A stretch of DNA of 64,000 nt from Zygnema circumcarinatum SAG 698-1b (lineage: Eukaryota; Plantae; Zygnematophyceae). The position numbers were made by a program, and so were the translations under genes. The stretch covers positions 2,232,001 to 2,296,000 of the forward strand of contig CM074806.1 of NCBI GenBank assembly GCA_037447605.1, read 5' to 3'. Every line of letters begins with the position of its first letter. Position 1 is the stretch's first letter. Below the pieces are notes generated by a model. That model was not told the origin of the DNA. It worked only from the letters and a program-made list of their open reading frames with translations, and did no database searches. Below, piece after piece: positions 38,490 through 50,000 of the stretch.

Positions 38490-38722
38490 CAAAAGGAGGG
38501 CCAATGAAAACCCATTGTGAATGTGAATGTGCGGAACGCAGGCGTAACGACGCCGTATCCACATCGCGTAACTGTGCAACTCCTAAACGAAATTTTACCT
38601 TTTAGGCCTATTCTGTTACAGCGATGTCACGCACGATCGCATTGTAAGATAAAGTTTGAATGAGGGTCGCTAAGCGACAACGGCTGTGTTTGACAGTAGA
38701 GTCATCTTTATCAAATAGTTTA

Positions 38723-39312
38723 GGCAAATGATACTTCGCCCCCTTTTGGGTTATCCCGCCCCCTTTTTTTTGAAATCCCGCCCTCCCATTTTGGCTATCC
38801 CCCCCCCCTCCCCCCCCCAACCCATTTTGGATATGTGGGGAGGAGATAACCCCTCCCCTTCCCTCCCCTCCAATGTTCTGGCAGGCTGGCTCCAGCAATG
38901 TACATCTGTACTCTAGACCCTACGTTAGACGCTTAGGTGTAGCTAGTTTGGCAGCTTGTAGGCTTCAAATGCGCAGACACTTTGTCGAGTTTTTCTATAT
39001 TTAGGAACTTTTTATTCTCTTTTTATTCTTTTCTTTTGGTGGGTGTGAAGCTCTGTGATTATGTAATGGTTGGCCTGCTTGCTTTATTTCTCGTTCTTTC
39101 TCTCTCTCTCTCCCCTCTGCTCTCTCTCTGCGAATGTGTCTTTACAAACGTTGCGCTGATGTGTGAGAAGGAGAAAGCAGGGGGGTGAACATCCAAAATG
39201 GGGGAAGGGCGGGATATCCAAAACAGAGGGCGTAATAGCCAAAATGGGAGGGCGGGATTTCAAAAAAAACGGGGCGGGATAACCCAAGAAGGGGGGCGAA
39301 GTATCATTTTCC
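38723..39312. mobile_element. 590-bp MITE with about 90-130-bp TIRs (GG[A/C]AAATGATAC...) and a near-perfect 8-bp TSD
   Basis: Left GGCAAATGATACTTCGCCCC...TGAAATCCCGCCCTCCCATTTTGGCTAT is the inverse of the right end. TSD ATAGTTTA (38715-38722) / ATAATTTA (39313-39320). Subterminal ATCCCGCCC and CCATTTTGG repeats. Confidence 0.85.
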
Positions 39313-40762
39313 ATAATTTATTTTATTGAATGTGTGCGGAGTCATCAATCTTCCTAACCAAACCAAAAAGGGGCTAAATTATAAGTTTGCCACCAAAAAA
39401 CCTTCATGTCCGCACTCATGACCAACGAATTTTCGCCCACGACCTTCCATGGCGGTCATCCTTTGGGGATAATTGTTTTTTTCGTTTTTGGTACTTTCCC
39501 CTCGAAAGCTCTGCTTAAGCTCTGTTCCCTTAAACCCTAAACCCCTCGCCCCCACCAGCCGTATTAGAGAGCGCAGATTTGTCCGTCGCCCTCTCTTTGT
39601 TCCACGGCCATCAGCGGCGGTCAACAAGCGTCCCATCCCTGCCAGTGCCACATCGAGGGAGGAGCTCAGAAATGACCCGCCCTGGTTTTCTTTTAAATGC
39701 GGAGCTTTTTCCGCTTTCTGCAGGGACGGCCTCACAATAATGAGCCCAGCCGTGACTCATGTCATGAGCCGTCCACGCACAATGCAAATGCGATGATAAT
39801 AATGTTGTCAGCAACAATATTGGCATAGCTGAAAAAGGGAAGTTCCGATGTAAGCCGCCGGAGGGAGTGAGGACAGCAGAACAACGCGAGCGGTGGCACT
39901 CGGGTCACAAAGTCACGTCACGTCACGCGTTTCGCACAATCCGCGAACACGGAAGGGAGTGAAGCACGGCTTCATGGAAAGCAGAGTCCGACGGAAATCT
40001 TTGGATTCAATGTCGGAGAATGCTCGTTTTACAAGGACGAGACATGCGGTCCCCAACAGACGAAATTTCAGCACATCCTCCCGTGGCCCATCCGCTCGTC
40101 GTCTGGCTTTTGTCTAGCTCACCCACGTCACACTCTGACAGAAAATAAAGAACCCCTGAACTTCCATGCATTCTTTCTCCTCTCCTCTCCCCCTTAGCTA
40201 CGAACCAAAAACCACGTGCAAGCACGCCAGCGCTGCCATCTCTCAAGTGCAAAAAACCGGCCGCACGCTACCGCACATACTTTCAAAGCAGCCAACCGTT
40301 GTGCACAGCCAGTTTGCTGCAGCGCACATGGAAGAGTCGCAAGTGCAAAGACGGTGACTTGTGCAAAAAGACAACCGAGGAGATAATGCGAGACGACAGT
40401 CTGCCAAGGCAAGCTCTTGCCGCAGGGACTAATCAGACAAAAATTATTAACCCCGAAAGTATACACGTGGTGGCCCCATTCAGCAAGCCCCAGCTTTTGG
40501 TGAGGGCATAAGCCAATCGCCATTCCTGGGTTTAGAGGAATTCTAGATTCGATGAACATATTCAAACATCCAAGGCGGTCCCGCTGTCGCTAAGGGAAGC
40601 AAATTCTGCTTTCATTTCAAAAACACCGCTGACGTGCAAAACTCCACGCTCGCTTCAGGTCATCCCGTACCCAGCAGGCCGGCCTGCATACTGCCCTGGG
40701 CTGTGCCCGGGAGGAGCAGCAGTTCCAACATGTCCCAAAGAAGCGCCAACTTCCCCTCGGTT

Positions 40763-43053
40763 TCAAGGCTTCAGATGAACAGAAACTCCGAACTTTGCGC
40801 TCTTGTCCAAAGCCTTGGAATCGACCTCGCCAGAAATAGTGACATGGGACTTTGGCCTGAACTCGTGCTGCACCAGACCGGCGATGGTGCCGCGGTTGTT
40901 CATACGGATCTTGGAAGTAGTATTAGGGTCCAGCTTATATTGGGCCCCTGCCGTAAAAGTTATGTCATTCTTTGAAAACTTGTGAGCAATTTCAACACCA
41001 ACAGCTGAAGATCGACTCAATGTATGAAAGTATGAAGCCTTCAGGGTGTCCGCCTTGTCAGCCCTGCCAATGATGGTAGCAATGCAGTTCACTGCAGTCA
41101 GGGAAAGCTCCAACGCATGCTTCAAGTCCCAATTATCCCCCTCAATCACTCTGTTGGCCAGATATACTACTATTGAAGAATAATTCTGCAGAGCCAGAAC
41201 ATTGAAGCAATTGACTGGAAAAGTAAAAGAAAAATAAATGACATCACTGCCATCGCATACAGAGACAGGGCATACATTGAAAAATAAAGTATTTAATCGC
41301 AAGATCGCATGCTCGCTAATACTCGTCATGTGAAACTTGACGACTTACAGAATGAGGGCAGCAGAAAAGTCGTCCTTTGTCACTCCCACGGCGAAGTTGT
41401 ACTTCGTTGGAGTGTTAGTGGCAGTGTCATAGCCTCCTTCAGCGCCAAAGGCTACACCTTGGTGACCTAAGGATATCGATCCTTCCAGCACGGGCTGTGC
41501 TGTCAGTCCAATGCTGCTATGGACATGGGCATGTTCGTGGCTATATGCAACCTCAGCCTGAAAGCAACCGAGGATCAATTAAGATACGTCACCCAGAGAA
41601 AAGTTCATCAAAAGTTTCTTGCAGCACTATTCATCAGACTGCAATAAAAGACTCTCTCTTCTTCTGGAAGGAAGAAAAATGACGAAACTCCATGGCATAG
41701 ACGACATATACAGGGCACAGGGAAGGAATGCGGGTCTCAAGCGTTCGAAATTAAGTTTCTTTGGCACAAGAAACAACTGAGGACAAAATGGTTGACATGT
41801 CCACAAAACTTCTAAATTCTTGAAGGACGGAGTGCTCGCAGGTCAGTTAGACTGCTACAAAATAAACTGTGAGAATCCAGATTTAGATTAGAGAGCACAT
41901 TTGGGCCACTGAAATGTGAAGCCTATCCCAGGACTTTGTTCAAATTCCGTCAAAAGAATAAGGTGCAGAAGCTGGCTGTGAATCATCCGTTCACTAAACT
42001 CTTGCTCAAAGTCAGAATCAATGACCGGCAACTAATCCTCCATCTATAACACACTCTCTCGTGTAAAAGACATTTTTTTTCATCAATCAAACAAAACATT
42101 GAAGGATCAAGGTCATCAACACGCTATTGATTTACCTTTGCAGACGTCTGGTCGGGAATATGGCCACACAGAGTTAACTTCACGCCAGGAGCAAGTTCCT
42201 CCATAGCCACGGAGGTGAAAACCTGAAAATGCCAATGCAGTTTACACAAAATCAGTCAAGCCTTAACCTCGTACCCAGAACCCACCCCTGAACTAAGACA
42301 ACCAAAACGCGTCAAAATTCATACAACGAACGACAGATAGGGCAGTTCATTGACATTGGAGCAACGCCAAAGATGAATGATGAAAGATTTAATGCAAACC
42401 TACCATAGTGACAAACTTCAACTAATCACAGCGCCGGAAAAGCTCCCAGCTCACCTTCGACTTAGAATCCACCTTCACTTCCGCTTTCACATTCTGATAC
42501 TTGAACTCAGTCTTAACATCACCGAACAGTGCATCCCCTTTCTTCACTCCGGATTGGGTAAATGTCTGCAAAAGAAACAAAAGTAAGACCAAAGTTATAG
42601 GTCAAAGCAATCCTTTACACAGCGAGATGCGAGCTACCCATTACAACTGCCTGCAAGAAGAAGTCATAAGATAACTGGATAAAAACTCACAACTCCAGTT
42701 GCTGTGGTGGACGAGAAAGTGAACTTCTGATCGTAGTTGAAATCCTTATGTAGTAGGTCTGGAACCAAACACAAAACACCAAACACAGAAGGAAATGACC
42801 TAAGGTTCCTCCAGTACAGGGCCTAGGTAGCGATCGTTCAAGAAGAACTGCAAAAAGAAATCGGCAAAACTACTGATTGCGAACCTCACGAAACAAGCTC
42901 CATAAATATCATGAAAAACAAAACAAAGGAAGAAAATATCTAACTCAGCCTCCATATTTGCGGAAAGAGTCCATCTGACTCCATGATGACTAAAAACACC
43001 ACACCTTTCACTTTCTTCCCAATGTCATGGAATGATCCGTGTGTCTTCCCCAT
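40763..43053 (-). CDS. VDAC: Mitochondrial outer-membrane porin (VDAC), 6 exons
   Basis: MGKTHGSFHDIGKKVKDLLHKDFNYDQKFTFSSTTATGV, TFTQSGVKKGD, EVKVDSKS, IPDQTSAK, GYDT...KYNFAVG, LADKADTLKASY, YKLDPNT...RMNNRG and QHEFRPKSHVTISGEVD. Junctions are in frame. Confidence 0.95.
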
Positions 43054-44039
43054 GATTCCGGCTGCAAGCGGCCTTGTGCGAGCGGGCGGGAGAGAGGGTG
43101 AGGGAGATGATGAGGGAGAAGGGGAGGGAGAGCAGCGCAGGAGGTCAGGGCCAGCCGCGCTCACTTGGAGGGCTCAGGCAGCGGAATATCCGGCCAAGAT
43201 TGAACTGGATCGCGTGTCAACCTCTCGGTGGACTCTGGGTCCACCGTAGATCTATGGCCTCTCGCCGCTGACGCAGATCAGGAATGATCGGTCCCCCTCT
43301 GGCGGTTTGGTACGACTCCTTTCCTTTGCCCCATCACAAGGCCTTCAATTTGTTTCGCGCAGTGGGGTTGGCCGTGCTCGGTCACTCGTTCCTTTTGATC
43401 GACCTCGAGGTTGCGAGATCAACACCCATCTCTTTGTAAAGCTCGGCTTTGCATAGTGAGGAAAGCTGCAGATGCGACTACTCAGATCTTACACAAATGG
43501 CGGCTGCACAATGTGCTTGTGAAAAAAACCTGCATTTCACAAACCTTCTGCTTCTTTTTGCTGTGCTAAAAGTGATATGTTGCTCTTGTTTTGCCAGTTA
43601 GTCCGGCTACTAAGAGTTGTGTGCTTAGCCATCAGCACATTGTGCTCAGCAGCTGCTCAGAAACGGTCCTCTGGATTACACCCCTCCCTCCCCAAATCAA
43701 TAATTCTCATTGAATGTCGCGACAAAAAGAAGGAACGAGCCATTTCTCGCGTGCTGGCATGGGCCTATACGGAACACCGATTTTGACTACGACCTGTCTA
43801 ACTAACCGCAGACACGGGCTCCCCCGCCAGACACCCGCCTCCTTTATTGCGCCTCTCCAACACTGCGCCCCCTGTCCTGCCGCTACAAGGGACCTCAAGG
43901 ACCTCACATTTCCCAGAGCGAGGGGTTTCAGTCGCTGGAAATAATTTTTCTACAACAACCCTCTTCTTGCAGCCCCCCCCCTACCGATATTCTACCTCAC
44001 CCCTCCCCTCCCCAAAACAAAACAGAGCAGAGCCCTCTC

Positions 44040-47000
44040 TCAGTTTGGCGCCCCCCCACCGAGAGGCAGCCCGGCCGCGTTCTCCTTTGCTGCGTCTTCC
44101 AGCTTCTTGGCCTCCATTCGCTTTCGCCGCTCTGAAGCGCAGACGTGCACCGCGTGGACCATCGATTGGTGATGGAAATCCAGACCTCCCGTCATTGTCT
44201 GAAACCGAACCGGGTCTTGTACCGACATCGCTGCAAAGCACACACAGGCCAACTCTGGCTCAGGGCTAAGGGAAAAGGGCATGCATGCATGCGCTTGCTT
44301 TCGCAGATACCCTCAACCCAACTCTCTTGCTGAAAGAATCCTTTCTAGCAATCATAATCATGCATACTAGTAGCAATGGAGGCCTGATTTAAGAGCAGCT
44401 ATCCATACATGATATCATGTTTGCGCGAAAAAAGGGAGCACATAGAATCCTTCAAGTGCATATAACAAAGGAATGTCATTGATTTACAGAAACCTAGGTC
44501 GAGTGGGTAAGGCAGCTTTGATGAGTGTAAGAAAATATGGGTGCTCCACTGCACCATACCTTCCATGGTGTCTGCAAAGAAGAGGAAGGGATCGATGTTG
44601 TCTATAGGGCACTGGAACTCCTCGTCATCTGTCCAATCAATGTCGGAATCATCTTCACTATTAAACCACTTCGCTGCCTGCAAACACCCGACAAGAACAA
44701 CTACAATCAGTTTCTATCATTTCAAGGATGTTTGCAATACAAAAACAATTTTTATTACAAAAATACCTTGGTTAAAAGTGCGTGGCATCCTATCCATACT
44801 CAACAAACCTGCAAGGAAAAGCGTACTTTACTAACTCTGTCTCAATATAGAGTCTTAGAATTCAAGTCACAGGTTCAACTGCAATAAAGAGAACCAAATT
44901 TGACAAGTGTTTAGACGACCTATTGGCAATGAACAACGCACCGTCCGGTGGCCCAATGGCTGATACAAAACAACACAGATGCCAACGAAGATAACCGTTT
45001 TACCACCATAGGTCTCCAGAGGGACTTACAGAGTTTTGAATGAGTTGAACAACAGGATAGTTCGACAAGACTTCAGGGGAACGTGTCTTTACTAACTAAC
45101 CTATCCTAATTGATACTCTCATTCACCAACAATTCACCTTCTTTGAGATATCGCTAAGCTTGGACTCGCCCTCCTCCTCCCCCTCTTCGTCATCTTCTTC
45201 CTCCCAATCGTCATCACCGTCTGAAAGTTCCTCATCATCATCCTCCTCCTCCCTCTTGGCAGATGCTGCCACCCACATATAGCCATGCGACCCAAACTCT
45301 TCTCAGATCTCATCCCTTCCAATCAAACACCGATCCTTGCAGCTTGCACATCGGGACAAAAGAGACTTTCTAAATGTTCACCTCCTTCGAAATTTACCCC
45401 CTCCCCTCCACGGTCCCCCTTGCAAGCACTCAAAAGTCTTAACAGCTTACCCGAACATCGTGCAACCCGATAACAACATATACATACAGCTTGTAACTGA
45501 CCCCATGATTTGATTCGGTTTTTTTCTTCCTTTTTTGGTCTGTTCATTGAAGTGCTTGTACGGAATGCATTTTTTCCGTATTGGCAGCCATTCCTTCATG
45601 AGAAAGACTTTAGCTTGCCTCTACACACATTTAAGCCCTTCAAAAACCATTACTCACCTTCCTGCTGCTCGTTGTACACAATTAACAGCTTCAATATTGC
45701 TTTGAACAACTGGTTTGAGCCAGCTTGCACCTCTGTGGGTATTGACTCATTTGGAGCCAAGCACAGCGAAGTGAGCCCCAAAATACACACTTTCTTGTCA
45801 TGTTCCCTGCACATTTGAGCCACGCAAGATGGGAGCAATGGCCCCAAGTTCTCAAGTTGCTCTCGGAAAACAAAAGGCGGTGAGAGAAAGAAGAGTTTCA
45901 TTCCTCTGAAATGACAGAGGGATGAAAGGGACGAAACAACTACATTGCACCATGTGGCCAGTCCAAAATACCGCTGCAAAAAAAGTTTACTTGCCAAAAA
46001 TAGTCTCTGTAATTTTTCGTTTAATTTCACAATATGCAGTTCCTTTCATACCGTATACTATGTCTTTCCTTTCCCTCACCTTTTAAAGTGAATGGCTTTT
46101 CCATTCTTATGAGTAGCGTAGAGCATCGTGATCCATGTCTGAAACACTTCTCCGACGCAGCCCATCTTTTGCAGAGCTCGGAGTGCAAGTATTGGGTTGT
46201 AATGAAGTGCGTTAGCCACCTGGTTGACACAGGAAGCGAAATAAAAAACGCCAGTTCTGTCAGCTTCAAGAGAAGTTTGACGCTTCTCAGCGATTGCATG
46301 CCATCTTGTTCTGCATTGAGCAGATTCCGAGTGTCCACAAGAATTCTTGTTCTGAAACAGAGTCTGTGCAAACATGCAACGACCTATATGTAGCTCACAG
46401 GCTCAATGGATCATCCTTTTACAACTACAGGAAGACGCAAACAGATCTGCACTGATGCAAAGCAGTACAGACTTTGGAAAGCCTCATACAAGCCTCAAAA
46501 CTACTATTACGCAACCTGAAAAAACATGTGCTAACCTGCCCTGACTTCGCTGCATCATTCTGATCATCTGCCAAAACCCTCGCGATGGCCTAATACAAAG
46601 CATATTCTCGTCTTATCTGCAACGTCCAGGTCTACAGCATCCTGTTGAATATTTGACATGAGTCCATTCACACGAAGGACCAAGAGAGCTCACCACGCCA
46701 ACCAATAAGTCCTTCAAATAGTACTTCTGACTTCGACGCAATCGGGTTACTGCTAACTGGATATACGGCTCAACCCACTCGTCTACGCGCCCACGACAAT
46801 TTTGAAGGACAGATTCCAAAAGCTTTGGTGCAGGTTCAACATCGGGATCGTCGTATTTATCACTATTCAATATCTGCAGAACACCACCAAATTACTCAGG
46901 CCGTATTTCCATAGTGAGGCAGGGAATCAGCAGAGAGTAGCATTAAACATACTTCTGAACGCAGCGTCGAGACAATGATAGCCATACCCTATGCAACACC

Positions 47001-50000
47001 TCTTTAGCCTTTGAAACTGCACGTAACGGATCGATGATGCACGTGCAACTGTAGGGATAGTGGATACAAAAAGCATAGGACTATAATCTTTGACGTGCTG
47101 CCTCCCATACCTCTGCCATTACTCTAAAGAGGTCCTCTGCGTAGTTGGGGTTTTTGCAGGTTAGGAAATGATCTGTCCCTCGCGCGATAAAGTTGTCGAG
47201 TGGGCCCAAAATGCCTGCCGTCATGAAGAAGCATTCCATTAATTTCATCTGATCAAGATAACTCTTCCATCCACTCACCATTCCTGATATGACTTTTTAA
47301 CATGAAGTGATTGCCTTGTGAGAAAGCAGAAAGCTCTTACTGTCGAAGTCACTGAGAGCCCAGTCGACAAGAGCTCCCATAAGAAGAGGCCAAACGGTCC
47401 ACATTTGTAGCGAGATTGTCGGTGAAAAGTACGTGCAATAAGAAACAATCTCCAAGACCTCTTCAAAGACATCTGCACAAGAACCATAGCGGAATAATAA
47501 AGGGAAAATAAGAAGAAACGGCGAAGATGGCCGTAAAGTTGTTGACATATACAACAGTCTCCAGCAGCAGCGAGGGGTTCGACCCTTGCCTACACTTTTA
47601 CGTCTGACAGCCTTAGTCTGGCTGTACAACCATGTACCTTTTGCATAATCAACCTTTTTGGGAACCCAAGAAGCTTCTAACAATTGACTATTGAGTCCCT
47701 TTCTCATAGCATATCGCTGTTTCCAATCATTTCCTTAATGCCTTCCTCATGAAAAGTCTCCCTAAAAAAGGTCGTGTTAGTACACCACTGTTGTATTGGA
47801 AATGGCATGAGGACAGGATGGAGTCAATGCCCATCGCTACAGATCTTTCGTGATCAAAGTAAACCAACTCTAACGATGCTCCCTTCTTGACGAATTCGTC
47901 ATACTGAAAGGCCGTCCCCAGAGCAGCAGCGTCTGCTATGAGTTCAATCTCGAGTCTATGTAATCGATTCATGTCAGCTGAAGTACAGGAACTCCTCTCT
48001 TAGTGGTCCCTCTCTGAATGGTCGCCCACTCTTACTGATCGGATTTGTTGTCAGTAACTTGGTCCCCTCGAACTGACCGCCAACAAAATTGATTGTACAA
48101 AGAGGACGGTGCCGTTACATGTCAGTTTGTTTGCCCATCGACGGGAGAAAAATTGTCGATTCGCATCGCACGCATGTGTTTTTCAGCACATTGCATATGT
48201 GCACGGATTTCTGCATGTGTCGATTGAATTTTGACACCTGTCCAGCTCCGCTGACTTGAAACCTCTTTTACTGCCCCCCCAGTAAATCCTCACCGATGGG
48301 GCCACTAGTGTGGGATTACTATAAATTATATGTATAGCCAGTGACCTGTGGGATAAAGCCATCTGAAACGCCAAACTTTAGGCAAACCGCGAAACCTGCC
48401 ATTGACTAATCCCCTGTCGGCTGACTAAAAGTCGCAAGCAGCCGTTATGTATCAAAAACCAACATCGTACTATTTCCAATACCCAGGACAACCCCTCCAA
48501 GAATGCAGGGAAGTGTACCTTGTCCATCCACGGTAAGCATTTTGTGCATGATAGGCAGCAGTGTCGGCTCCAACTGCGGAAACAAATGCGGAAGAGAGCT
48601 GATGGATTCTAAAATTGTGCCAATGGCGCGCAGACAACCAATGGCCGCCAATGCTCCTGACTCGTCATCGTCATCATCTTCTTCAGCAGTATGCAAACAC
48701 TTCCAGAAAGCTGCAGCCTGAATCAAGCCCCACATACAAGCCGACCTTACAAGGTCAGAGGCACAAGCGTAGGCGCACCTTGGGACTACGACTAGATGGG
48801 GCATTCGCCAGTTACGTCTGAACTGAAACATTCGACTTGAAGACGAAAAAAACCATCAGTTTCTTTGCTCTGATAGCTTTGGAAAGGTGGGGTGGAGCTC
48901 ACAAGATTTGTTATGAGACCAAGCGCGTATGGGGCCATCTCCTCTCCAAACTTGTCAACAATCGTCTCTAAGGTGAACACAAGGTCCTCGTTCTCAACCT
49001 CATCCATCAATTTGAAAAACTCTGCCAGTTTAATACAATGTACAACAGGCACATTTCAGCAAAGCAGCATTAAGTGTGCAGAACTGAGACATTGACAGAC
49101 TTAGCAGACAACACAACGGACAGCAAAATGACAAAGCCCCCTTAACACTGACTGTCGGCAGACTATGTCGCATATGTCTGTCATCTATTAGGCAAAACTG
49201 TAATCTGTGACATTACAAAATCAGAACTAATTTCAATGTTTCATGAAATAACCTCGTCCTTTCAATGAAAGCCAAAGTGTGAAGACAACTCAAGGAAACC
49301 TCGTGAACTCTGCCAGCGGGACGAGTAGCATTTCGTGAGAAAATCCTGCAGAGAGATGACGCGCTTACCATCCAAAAGCTGTGGCAAGATAGGCCGCAAT
49401 TCGTCCAAATCTGCAAAAGAAGCACTTTTAGAAAAACCACCCCTTGAATGTCATCATGCAATTCCTGGCTTCCGGATGCAATTTCATTACGCCCAAAGAC
49501 CACACATTGTCTTTCCATCCATCAACAGTACAAAAAAACTTGGGAAAACGGGAAATTGTGGAAGCATGGCCAGCAGTCACCAAACGTCATCCTTGTCTGC
49601 AGGCTCCATTAGTGCGCCATTGATTCACATGGTTAGCTGTCGTATGAACAGGCCATAACAGGTCCAATCTTTGCCCCCTCCATGGCACCCACCTGTCACT
49701 GCCTCCACAAAGGAGCGAAGGGCCACAACAGAGTCCACACGCACTGGGAGGTCCGGGTCATGCAGAGCTCTAACAATGGCAGACATCGCTCCGTTAAAGT
49801 TGCGCTTATCCGCGAATTCAATGTCGGCATACATTCCAGCTACCCATGCCGCCTGTCTCCCCAGACCTCACCAGATACAAAACATAAACACCCCATGCAA
49901 CTCACATCTCACTTCTTAATAATGACTGACTGCGCAAGACACGGTGGGATGATAACTTGACTGCGTAGAGTTACTCCTGTTGTCACCTGATAAGGATGTT

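Noticed and set aside
35922-38562. Many repeat-peptide ORFs (MAGNQPL..., WLPAIG..., GCQPL...) as real genes
   Set aside because: They are expected by-products of a 27-bp unit lacking stops in several frames on both strands. There is no splice or homology support.
40194-40565. 123-aa minus-strand ORF downstream of VDAC
   Set aside because: It most likely lies in the VDAC 3' region and shows no family motifs.
47568-47592. tRNA T-arm-like GGTTCGACCC
   Set aside because: The T-stem does not pair, and there is no D-arm, anticodon arm or acceptor stem.
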